A stretch of DNA of 47,462 nucleotides from Acidobacteriota bacterium (GTDB lineage: Bacteria; Actinomycetota; Actinomycetes; S36-B12; CAIYMF01): contig JANWJC010000105.1 in assembly GCA_025449595.1 (NCBI GenBank), positions 1 to 47,462 on the forward strand, given 5' to 3'. Numbering within the stretch: position 1 is the first letter of the stretch; the number at the start of each line of letters is the position of its first letter. The notes under the pieces were generated by a model. The model had not been told where the DNA came from. It saw only the letters and a list, made by a program, of their open reading frames with translations, and did not search any database. This document shows positions 30,052-38,371 of this stretch, one piece after another. Both the position numbers and the translations under genes were made by a program.

Positions 30052-31351
30052 CGCCCGACGCAAGGACGACGGCGCCGGCCTGGGAGCGCGCTGGTTTCGA
30101 CGACCGCAGCAGCATCGCGATCAGGAAGAGATCGGCTGTCAGGTAGGCCACGGTGGACGCCACTGCCGCGCCCATCGCGCCGTGGGCGGGGATCAGCAGG
30201 AAGTCCAGCAACACGGTCAGTGCGAGTCCGAAACCGAGCGCCAGCGAGTTCATACCAGGTCGACCGGTCCCATACAGGTAGGCGGTCGCCAACCCCGCAG
30301 CACCCTGGAGAACCAGCCCTCCCAGCAGGATCCACGTGAGGGCGACCGCAGACCCGAACTCTGCGCCATAGAGAGCCGGAAGCAGCCGCCCAGCGGCCAC
30401 CGCAAGAAGTACCCCTGCCAGAACGTTCCAGAGAATCGCCCGTGGAACAAGACCCCTCACCGACTTGGCGACCTGCTCCTGTCCCTGTCGTGCGATGCGC
30501 GGGTACATCACCCACGTGATGGCGAGACCTGGCAACCGCAGCAGTTCGGCGTACTTGGAGGCCACGGCATAGACGCCGAGGGTGGCAGGTCCAGCGATAG
30601 CGCCAAGAACGGCAAAATCGAGGCGAAGGTTGAGCAGTCCGACGATCCCTCCGACCTGGCCGCGGATCCCAAAGTTTGCGATCTCGGCGATCAGAGGCAG
30701 CCGCACCCGGCGGATGACAAACTTGCCGCTCCGTCTGGCGATCCGGAGCCAGGCGTACCCAGAGACCGCGACATCCGCAACGAGGAGCGCCCAGATGATC
30801 AAGCCCACCTCCCGGGCACCGAACGCCCAAAGCACGGCGTACGCGGGAAGAAACACCAGCTCCTCCAGGCCGATCACGACGTTGGTGCCCCGCATGTCCT
30901 CCAGTCCCTGCAGAACACCCTTCCCGACTGCCACCGGAAGTTGCGTGAAGACCGTGAAGCCGGCAAGCGCTACCGCCGGAATGCTGATCGAACTGAAGAA
31001 CACCCGGTGGAGCATCGGAGTCGCCGCGAGCCACACCAGGGTCCCGACAACTCCACCGCCCAGCATCAGGACGACGATCGCCTGCATCATCCCGGGCTCG
31101 TGCCGTCGCGGCCCAGCCAGGTAGAAGGCAGTCGCGCTCGGTAGCCCGCATGCGGCGAGCACGCCGAACAGTCCGGGCAGCACTCTGAGCAACGCGTACG
31201 CCCCGACACCGGCGGCCCCCCCGGTGCGCGCTACCAGAATGGTCGCGACGCCGAGAGCGACCAACGCGACCACCCGTGCAACGACGTTGGCGACGACCTC
31301 CCTGCCCGGCTCCCGCCTGACGCTGCGCATAGCGTTGGCCAGACTCATCAT
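30044..31351 (-). CDS. wzx: MOP-superfamily oligosaccharide flippase (Wzx-like)
   Basis: Start trimmed to the ATG at 31351 (ATGA overlap with the upstream stop). It is about 435 aa and polytopic (12 or more TM segments), with a polysaccharide-biosynthesis-protein-like pattern. Confidence 0.6.
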   Translation of the reverse strand: MMSLANAMRSVRREPGREVVANVVARVVALVALGVATILVARTGGAAGVGAYALLRVLPGLFGVLAACGLPSATAFYLAGPRRHEPGMMQAIVVLMLGGGVVGTLVWLAATPMLHRVFFSSISIPAVALAGFTVFTQLPVAVGKGVLQGLEDMRGTNVVIGLEELVFLPAYAVLWAFGAREVGLIIWALLVADVAVSGYAWLRIARRSGKFVIRRVRLPLIAEIANFGIRGQVGGIVGLLNLRLDFAVLGAIAGPATLGVYAVASKYAELLRLPGLAITWVMYPRIARQGQEQVAKSVRGLVPRAILWNVLAGVLLAVAAGRLLPALYGAEFGSAVALTWILLGGLVLQGAAGLATAYLYGTGRPGMNSLALGFGLALTVLLDFLLIPAHGAMGAAVASTVAYLTADLFLIAMLLRSSKPARSQAGAVVLASGDA

Positions 31352-32637
31352 GTCTGCACCCGGCTTCTCGCTCGCCCCCAGATCTGCAGGCCCGCCACCA
31401 GCCCGAAGAGCGCCCAGACGTGGCGGAAGTGCAGGACCTCGTAGAACGCGCTGGAGACGAGGACGATGCTCAACGCACCCAAAAGCATCTGAGGAGAGGG
31501 TACGAGGGCTGCATACTCTCGGCGAACGGGGCCGAGGAGCAGCGCCCCCCCGCGCCGTAGCACCGAGCCGAGGAGCAGCAGCAGACCGAATGCCCCGATG
31601 ATTCCGCGCTCGACGAGTGATGCGGTGTAATCGCTGTGCGCCTCCTTCACATAGGGAGCGAAATTGTTCGTCAGCCACGTCTTCGTCTCGTCAGGGCCGA
31701 TCCCGAGGAGGCCAGCCTGTTCGTACAGAGCCGAGGTTTCATGGAACAGCGTCGACCTGCTTCCGCTGCTCTCTCCGCCTCGTCCGAGCGAGTCCTGGAG
31801 CAGTGGGCTGGCAACGGCGGCCCGTTGCTCCACCGACACCAGGTTGATGGCCGGCACGATCACCGCGAGCACACAGATGCCCGCGGCGACAACAGAGATC
31901 GCAGTAACTGGACCACGGGCTCTCCACAGCCACGCCACGGCCGACACCACGACCGCGACTCCCGTGCTGACCAGTCCCCCGTTCGACCCTGTCAACGCAG
32001 CAGCGAGCAGCAGGACCGCCGCGGTCAGGAATCGCAGGCGAGGGCTTCGAGGCCGATGGCAGGCCAGCACCACGAACAGCGAGATCAGAAAGTAGTCGGC
32101 CGCCAAGTTTGGGTCACCGAGGGTCCCCTGCACCCGGCCCGCATTGTCCGCACGAATTCCGGACAAAGGGCTGAAGCCGACCAACGTCGCGAGTTCGATG
32201 GCTGTCGCCCATGCCAAAGCCGACCAGCACCACGTCCCGATGAGCACCCGAGCGGCTCGCGGGTGGCGGAGAACATTGGCAAGCGCCGCACCCCAGGCGA
32301 ACACGAGCAGGTCCTGTGACATCGCCAAGATGGTCGTACCCTCCCCGCGTACGAGGGCGGCGAGGGAGCCACCGAGCAGCAGCAGTCCCATTCCAAGTAG
32401 ATAGGGGAGTCGGATCTGCAGGCGCTCGCGCACGAGCCATCCGGCGGTCACCGCAACACCGACCAATATCGGTATGTCGACCGGTGCGGAGTTGCCAGGT
32501 AGTACGGGAACCAACAGAGGCAGGGTCGCGATGGCCAGAGCGAGTATGACTACCACGATCCTCGGTGGCTCGCGCCGGTCGGCTATGTCGGCGCTGCGCC
32601 TGTCCTCCAACCCAGGTGCAGCCGCGAGGGCCGTCAT
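31348..32637 (-). CDS. wzy: O-antigen polymerase/ligase family membrane protein (Wzy-like)
   Basis: Start trimmed to the ATG at 32637 (ATGA overlap). It is about 429 aa and polytopic, with a large loop in the C-terminal third as in the Wzy_C family. Confidence 0.55.
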   Translation of the reverse strand: MTALAAAPGLEDRRSADIADRREPPRIVVVILALAIATLPLLVPVLPGNSAPVDIPILVGVAVTAGWLVRERLQIRLPYLLGMGLLLLGGSLAALVRGEGTTILAMSQDLLVFAWGAALANVLRHPRAARVLIGTWCWSALAWATAIELATLVGFSPLSGIRADNAGRVQGTLGDPNLAADYFLISLFVVLACHRPRSPRLRFLTAAVLLLAAALTGSNGGLVSTGVAVVVSAVAWLWRARGPVTAISVVAAGICVLAVIVPAINLVSVEQRAAVASPLLQDSLGRGGESSGSRSTLFHETSALYEQAGLLGIGPDETKTWLTNNFAPYVKEAHSDYTASLVERGIIGAFGLLLLLGSVLRRGGALLLGPVRREYAALVPSPQMLLGALSIVLVSSAFYEVLHFRHVWALFGLVAGLQIWGRARSRVQT

Positions 32638-33647
32638 CTGGCCACTCCGGAGGTAGCGAGCAGCTCTGAGAGAAGGCTCAGGTGCAATCGCGCGAACGAG
32701 TCCTGGTCGGATCGGATCGCGATCTCCGCCAGGCCAAGGAGAGCGGCAGCACGCCAGAGCTGCGCTGGGAGGCCGAGCGACTCGACGGCCTCGGTCAGGA
32801 ACCGCTGGACCAGATCGGGATACCAGCCGCGTCCGGTGAGTGCCCAGCGCAGCCCGTCGCCCCACCGACCCGCACGCAGACCGCGGTGACCGGCCACGGG
32901 GTGTCCCTGGCGGGTATGACGGTCGAGATAGAGGGAGTAGGACAGAACGAAGCGAGCCCAGTCCCGGAGCGGGTTCCCGATGGCATCAGCGTGCTCCCAG
33001 TCGACGACTCCGCTCACGCGCGAGCCGCTCGCCAAGATATTGCCGCACCAGAAGTCTCCATGAACGACAGCCCCAAGGGACGAAGTAAGCGAAGCCTCGA
33101 TCTCTCGGAGCGGTCCAAGGACGGGACTCAGTTCGGACCTGTCAGGCCATCGGTCGGACAGGAGGCAGGACCAGGGATCGCGACGGTCCGTGGACATGGT
33201 CTCTTGCCGGCGCAGGCAACGGAGCCAGGCACGAGCGGTAGCGAAGTCCTTCTCGACGAGCGCCTGTCGCCCCGTGTGGCGCCACGCGTGGTAGGCGACC
33301 GACATCGGCGTGCCAAGGAGCACGTCAGTCACCATCGCCGGCAAACCCTGGTGTTCCAGCACGGCCAGCAACCGTGGCACGGTGGATTCTGCAGCGCCGA
33401 GCTGCGAACGGTCCAGAGATGACAGGAAGGCTGCCTCGCGCAGGACGCTCTGCCCTGCCCGATCTGTCATGGCCAGCTTGACGGCAACGGTCGGCTGGTG
33501 TGCGCCGTCAGGCACCAGCAGCATTGTGACTTTCGGGTTGTCGTCCTTCGACGCCGCAATGATGATCACCTGCGACCCAGGTGCGACCCGCGCTGCCAGC
33601 AGTTGGCCGGCCCCCGCGGAGCGTCGAAGCACGTCGCTGGTAGTCAT
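32634..33647 (-). CDS. Aminoglycoside-phosphotransferase-fold (APH/choline-kinase-like) kinase
   Basis: Start trimmed to the ATG at 33647 (ATGA overlap). The Brenner motif HGDFWCGNIL is followed by VVDWEHA. Confidence 0.7.
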   Translation of the reverse strand: MTTSDVLRRSAGAGQLLAARVAPGSQVIIIAASKDDNPKVTMLLVPDGAHQPTVAVKLAMTDRAGQSVLREAAFLSSLDRSQLGAAESTVPRLLAVLEHQGLPAMVTDVLLGTPMSVAYHAWRHTGRQALVEKDFATARAWLRCLRRQETMSTDRRDPWSCLLSDRWPDRSELSPVLGPLREIEASLTSSLGAVVHGDFWCGNILASGSRVSGVVDWEHADAIGNPLRDWARFVLSYSLYLDRHTRQGHPVAGHRGLRAGRWGDGLRWALTGRGWYPDLVQRFLTEAVESLGLPAQLWRAAALLGLAEIAIRSDQDSFARLHLSLLSELLATSGVAR

Positions 33648-34111
33648 CTGACTCGTCCGAGGGCCAAACGCTGCGGTAGCACCGCGCTGAGAACACCGGG
33701 CGGCAGGCGTCGAGCCAAGGAGATGGCCAGGTAGGCGGGGCCTGCCGACCAGGCAGCGCCGGGCGGGACGGTCAGGTAGTTGCGCCAGCTCCACAGCATC
33801 GTGGTCGAGCTGTCCTGCACCACTATGACGGGACTGTCGAGCGACGGAAGGACTACATATTCGTCGACAAGCTCTACCCCGGCATTTTGGAACATGCGAC
33901 GAATACGGCGACGACTGCCCAACCGTCCATCAGCAGCCGCGACCACGGTGCCCGGCGATGCTTCCGAGATGCGACGGTTGGCAATCGCCGTGCTGCTCCG
34001 TCCACCTGTGAGACGTATCCGAATACAGTCGTCGGGGACCAGCACGGACAGAGCAGGTTCGGCAGCAGCGAAGGGGGAGCCGTCGACCTCGAGCGTCAGC
34101 CGGCGCGTCAC
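33644..34111 (-). CDS. Hypothetical 155-aa protein, translationally coupled to the APH-fold kinase
   Basis: A GTG at 34111 lies just downstream of the GT4 stop (TAA 34119-34117). The rest of the 307-aa track ORF overlaps the GT4 gene out of frame. No family was recognised. Confidence 0.4.
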   Translation of the reverse strand: MTRRLTLEVDGSPFAAAEPALSVLVPDDCIRIRLTGGRSSTAIANRRISEASPGTVVAAADGRLGSRRRIRRMFQNAGVELVDEYVVLPSLDSPVIVVQDSSTTMLWSWRNYLTVPPGAAWSAGPAYLAISLARRLPPGVLSAVLPQRLALGRVR

Positions 34112-34116
34112 CGACC

Positions 34117-35295
34117 TTACGCCGCCCTCGACGGGGTACCAACTGGCTCGGAACCGTATGCCTCTTCCAGCACTCGCCCGAGCGTCGCAGGTACGTAACG
34201 GTCTCCTATCTGCAAGCGGCCAAGTTCGGCCATCCGTGCGGTCTGGTCCGGCTTGTCCAGCATGTGCTGGATCGCCCTGGCAAGTAGGTCGGGGCGCGCA
34301 GGCGGCACCAACAACCCGGTAACACCGGGGACCACTACGTCGGACACACCGTTCACCGCTGTCGCAACAACCGGCAGGCCGCACATCTGAGCCTCGAGAA
34401 CAGCGCACGGCAAGCCCTCGTACCGACTGGCCATCGCGAAGATGTCGAATGCCGGCAGCAGCTCCGGCACGTTCGCGCGTTCCCCGAGGAGCCGCACGCG
34501 ATCCGCAACTCCATGGCGAGCAGACCAACGCACTGCATCCTCGGCCAGCGGGCCACCCCCGATCCACACCAGGATCGTCTCGCGGTCACGGAGCCTGGCG
34601 AGGGCCTCTATCATGTGCTCAGGCGCCTTCTGGTAGTCCAGCCGACCAACGGTGCCGACGACGGGGGTGTTCGGGCCGATTCCCAGTGAGGTTCGAGCGT
34701 GCTGCCTCGACGTTGGATTGACGCGAGCGATACCGAAGTCGATCGCGGGACCGATCGTCCTGATGCGCGCGGGATCCGCAATCCCCCGTCTGATGGCCTC
34801 CACGGCAACCCCTGTTCCCACCGCGAAGAAGAAGTCCGTAATTCTCGCCAGACGCTGTTCGCACAGCACGTATGCACTACGCCGTGGCCACGACTGAAAC
34901 TCGTGGAAGGGAAAACCGTGGAAGGTATGAACGATACGCGGGACACCTGCCCGATGGGCAGCGACCCGCCCGAGTGCGCCCGCCTTGGCGCTGTGGGTGT
35001 GGACAACGTCGAACTTTCCTTCCGACAGCAGGGCCGTGAGCGTCCCGAGTGCTGAAAAGTCCTCTCGCGGGCTGATCGGCGAGACCAGCTCTGGCACGAG
35101 GATCACCTCGAAACCCGCATCACGTGCGCTGTCGAGCAGCCGGTTCCCACTACCCGCGATCACCGTGACCTGGTTGGCAGATGGGTCGAGGGCCGCCGCG
35201 CCATATAGGGCTACCCCTCCTGCACCGGCCATGAACCGTGTGACGACCTGCGCCACCCGGCGCGGCCGACTGCGCCCGCAGAGTTCGGTCAGCAT
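34117..35295 (-). CDS. GT4-family (GT-B, group 1) glycosyltransferase
   Basis: Start trimmed to the ATG at 35295. The EX7E-type block SRYEGLPCAVLEAQMCGLPVVAT is present, with an N-terminal GGV/H..F.G donor-acceptor domain pattern. Confidence 0.8.
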   Translation of the reverse strand: MLTELCGRSRPRRVAQVVTRFMAGAGGVALYGAAALDPSANQVTVIAGSGNRLLDSARDAGFEVILVPELVSPISPREDFSALGTLTALLSEGKFDVVHTHSAKAGALGRVAAHRAGVPRIVHTFHGFPFHEFQSWPRRSAYVLCEQRLARITDFFFAVGTGVAVEAIRRGIADPARIRTIGPAIDFGIARVNPTSRQHARTSLGIGPNTPVVGTVGRLDYQKAPEHMIEALARLRDRETILVWIGGGPLAEDAVRWSARHGVADRVRLLGERANVPELLPAFDIFAMASRYEGLPCAVLEAQMCGLPVVATAVNGVSDVVVPGVTGLLVPPARPDLLARAIQHMLDKPDQTARMAELGRLQIGDRYVPATLGRVLEEAYGSEPVGTPSRAA

Positions 35296-36263
35296 GCGAC
35301 TACACCGTCCAGGCGCAGATCCCGCAGGCGGGTGCCAACGCACGCTGGCAGCACGACCTCCGCACAAGGAACGCTCGCGGTCAGACGGGCTGCGACCTCA
35401 CCGACGGGCGGGTGCGGCGGTCCGAGGCCGGTACCGAGTGCGAGGGTCGCAGCGAACGCCCAGTATCGCCGGAGCTCCCCAGCAGCGTAGGTGCCGGCCG
35501 TGAGGACTCGAGCCGCCTGCAACGCCGGGACGGAGCGAACGACAGCTTCGGCTTGATCCCCTCGCGTCAGTACGACGACCAGGTCCGCTGCCAACGCGTC
35601 AGCACGCTCCCCCCATGGCACTTCCCGGCGCCCGTGGGACATTCGACGGCCGGTCCCGCCTGCAATGCGTAACGGCTCGACGACGCCCTCTAGGGTGGCA
35701 CCGTCGCTTACACAGAGGTTGTCGGACACTGCCATGCCGCCCAGAGCGAGCTCTGCGGCCAGCAGCGTCGACTTCCCCGTGCCGCCGGGTCCAGCGAGAA
35801 CGACTCCCGAACCGCCAACGAAGAGTGCCGAAGCATGAAGCGGAACTCGCCCCGTGACGCTCGCCCACCACATTGCCGGATACTGCAGCAAGACAGCACG
35901 GGCGAGCAGGTGGTGTCGCGACGGCGACGCAACGTTGAGTCCGCGATTGCGGAAGTCAGGCCGGCTCCGCGCAACGACGTACGCGCCACGGCTCGACGGT
36001 TCGACCAACAGGTCGAGGCCGGAGGAGCATGCGTCCTCGACGATGACCCGCCCGTGGCTGGTCCAGGCGCCGCGGGTCAAGGGAGTCCAGCCCTTGGTCG
36101 GAAACGCGGCCTTGGCGGCCTCCACCCGCACACTCACCTCCACGACCGACGTGGCGCTCAATGCTGGGGCACCGACCAGCGCCTCGTCCACGACGGAGCG
36201 AAGTCGATTCGGTACGCAGTCCACCGCGACGTTGACACCGGCACTGCGGAAGCTCCTAGTCAC
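35289..36263 (-). CDS. HPr-kinase-C-terminal-like P-loop protein (HprK-related kinase family)
   Basis: LHASALFVGGSGVVLAGPGGTGKSTLLAAELALGGMAVSDNLCV resembles the HprK/P C-terminal catalytic core (LHA..V....GVLL.G.SG.GKST....L...G..L.SD). The start is approximate (GTG 36263, overlapping the upstream TAG). Confidence 0.55.
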   Translation of the reverse strand: MTRSFRSAGVNVAVDCVPNRLRSVVDEALVGAPALSATSVVEVSVRVEAAKAAFPTKGWTPLTRGAWTSHGRVIVEDACSSGLDLLVEPSSRGAYVVARSRPDFRNRGLNVASPSRHHLLARAVLLQYPAMWWASVTGRVPLHASALFVGGSGVVLAGPGGTGKSTLLAAELALGGMAVSDNLCVSDGATLEGVVEPLRIAGGTGRRMSHGRREVPWGERADALAADLVVVLTRGDQAEAVVRSVPALQAARVLTAGTYAAGELRRYWAFAATLALGTGLGPPHPPVGEVAARLTASVPCAEVVLPACVGTRLRDLRLDGVVAC

Positions 36264-38205
36264 GCGTCCGCTCCGACGACTGCGCAGCCGGCGGACCGCT
36301 CGATTTGACCCGCGGTTCGGGATTGCCATCTGCTGCTTCGCTGGAATCAAAGGTGAGGGCGCTGCTCGGCCTGCCGGTGACGAAGACCTCGACATGCCCT
36401 CCCGCCATGGGCGCTGTCTCAATACCGGCCGGAGCCCGGAACCGCGACGCATCACCACTGTGGGTGGCACCCTTCTCCGAGGGTGTGCTCGACAGGGGCA
36501 CTATCAAGTCTTCAGGGCCATCACCAGCTGGCACCCCGCCCGCCCCATCGAACTTCCCGTTCGGACTTGCTCCGACGCGGACTTCACCCGTGGGCATTCC
36601 ACGCGAACCAGCCGCGTTGTCATCCGACCTGTCGGGCACCGGCACTCGATCCGCGGCTGTGGATCGGGAACCATTTGCTGCCTTCGCCGCGCCCGCGGCC
36701 ACGAGGGCCTCAACGGCCGTATCGGACAGGACAATACGGTCGGCGTGATCTTGCCCCGACGCTGGTATCGAGGGACTTGATGTCCCCGCCTTCGTTCCGG
36801 CATTCTCCTGGTCAGTCCCGGATGTGGTATCGGTACCCACGGGCTGGGGGTCAATGGCCGCAGAAGTCAGGGCCGACTTGGAGGTCGCGCCGCGGGGGCC
36901 ATCCGCCTCGACAGGCGCCGGAGGCAACGCGATCGATCCCCGAACTCCCAGCACCGCCAGCAAGGGACGACCAGCGACGACCAGCTGATCTTCAACCTCT
37001 CGGAGGCGGGACACACGGGTACGACGGGCGACGAGCAAGACGAAACCGGCATGAGGATCGCTGGCGGCAGAGAGATCGGCGGCGCTCTCAGGCCGCCACC
37101 GCACCGTGGTGGCCGGTTCCGACGTGCCCTGCGCCACTGCCTCCGCTCCCGGCGAACGTGATCCGACAGCCTGCACTTTGGACTGCGGCGGAGCCACAGA
37201 GCTCTCGCCGGCTGCATCTATGCCGCCATTTGCCAGCTGCCAAGCCGCACTGACGGCTGACGTGTCGGCAACTGGGCGCACCGACAGCACGACTATGGCA
37301 TGAACATTGAACTCGTCGGCGAGTTCAGACAGTCGACGGGACGGGCCTACGAGAGAGCGCTTTGCCTTGGATCCGAGGTCACCGAGATAGGGAACCCCCA
37401 GCTTCTCGGCGGCTTCGCGCGCGTTCGTGACTCGCGGCCGCAGACTCTCCATGGCCCCTGCCAGAGCGATCGCCAGCAGTACCCCGAACAGCAGCGCGAG
37501 ACCCAACCGCTGCAGCAGACCCGATGGGTCGGGGCCATCAGGGGTGGTAGCGGGATCGACCACTCTGGCCACCGGCGGCTGAGTCGTCAGAACAGCGAGC
37601 TGGCTCCGCTGAGTCCGCAGTGCGCCGAGCTCAGCGTCCAGCGATGCAAGCTGAGCCTGTAGGCTTGGATTGCTCGGCCCTGCAGGCGCGCCCAGCAATT
37701 GCTTGGCAACGCCGTCCCGCTGCTGCTGAGCCTTGCCGATCTCTTGGTCAACGATCGCGAGGGCTGATTGGGTGTTAGCCAGGGCATCCGTGTTGAGCAT
37801 CATGACGAGCTGCGCCGACAGCGACGTCACAACCCGCTGAGCGGACTGAGGATCGGTGTCCGCAACGGTGATGGCGACGATCGGGGACACTCCGATGCCA
37901 GCGACCTGGATGTTCTCGGTCGCAAAGACCGTCGGATCCTCGACAAGTCCTGACGAGCCGGCAGCCATCGCCTGCGTGACGACGGACGGGGCAGTAACGA
38001 TCGCGGCAGCCCGTGCGCTCCCCGCCGAGGCCTCGGTCGCGGAGCCAGCGAGATCAGCGGCGACCTGCACCCGGCTCACCGACGTGTATGTGGTCACGCT
38101 TCCCCGATGGACCCCGAGCACCAGGAGCAGCGGGACCACCAGGCACACAATCACGATCCACAAGTGCCCTCGGACAATTCTTGAGAAGGCCTGGCCGGCT
38201 GTCAC
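36256..38205 (-). CDS. Polysaccharide co-polymerase (Wzz/PCP-2-like). It has two TM helices around a coiled-coil periplasmic domain, a degenerate BY-kinase-like domain without a P-loop, and a long disordered Tyr-free tail.
   Basis: TM1 is IVIVCLVVPLLLVLGV. The Gln/Leu-rich coiled region is QLASLDAELGALRTQRSQL. TM2 is LGLALLFGVLLAIALAGAM. KLGVPYLGDLG follows, then HAIVVLSVRPVADTS where GxxGxGKS/T is expected, and GFVLLVARRTRVSRL...LLAVLGV. Confidence 0.6.
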   Translation of the reverse strand: MTAGQAFSRIVRGHLWIVIVCLVVPLLLVLGVHRGSVTTYTSVSRVQVAADLAGSATEASAGSARAAAIVTAPSVVTQAMAAGSSGLVEDPTVFATENIQVAGIGVSPIVAITVADTDPQSAQRVVTSLSAQLVMMLNTDALANTQSALAIVDQEIGKAQQQRDGVAKQLLGAPAGPSNPSLQAQLASLDAELGALRTQRSQLAVLTTQPPVARVVDPATTPDGPDPSGLLQRLGLALLFGVLLAIALAGAMESLRPRVTNAREAAEKLGVPYLGDLGSKAKRSLVGPSRRLSELADEFNVHAIVVLSVRPVADTSAVSAAWQLANGGIDAAGESSVAPPQSKVQAVGSRSPGAEAVAQGTSEPATTVRWRPESAADLSAASDPHAGFVLLVARRTRVSRLREVEDQLVVAGRPLLAVLGVRGSIALPPAPVEADGPRGATSKSALTSAAIDPQPVGTDTTSGTDQENAGTKAGTSSPSIPASGQDHADRIVLSDTAVEALVAAGAAKAANGSRSTAADRVPVPDRSDDNAAGSRGMPTGEVRVGASPNGKFDGAGGVPAGDGPEDLIVPLSSTPSEKGATHSGDASRFRAPAGIETAPMAGGHVEVFVTGRPSSALTFDSSEAADGNPEPRVKSSGPPAAQSSERTRD

Positions 38206-38371
38206 AGCAACTCAATCCCTCCATCGGAGATACACACGGTAGGTCGACGTCGTACGGTCGGGCATCAGCCAGGGAGACGAGGCGACGTACGCCGATGGTG
38301 GTGTCGCCTACCGCGCCGAGACGCCGGGGTAGTCGCCGGTCGGGACCTGGCTCTTCGCTGTGCCCGTCGCT

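Noticed and set aside
35289-36263. HprK-like kinase as a marker of a lasso-peptide (phosphorylated RiPP) cluster
   Set aside because: No asparagine-synthetase-like cyclase, transglutaminase-like protease, PqqD-like RRE or short precursor ORF is present. The context is entirely glycan biosynthesis.
36256-38205. Annotating the PCP as an active tyrosine autokinase (Wzc-like)
   Set aside because: The Walker A motif is absent at the expected position, and the C-terminal tail contains no tyrosine.
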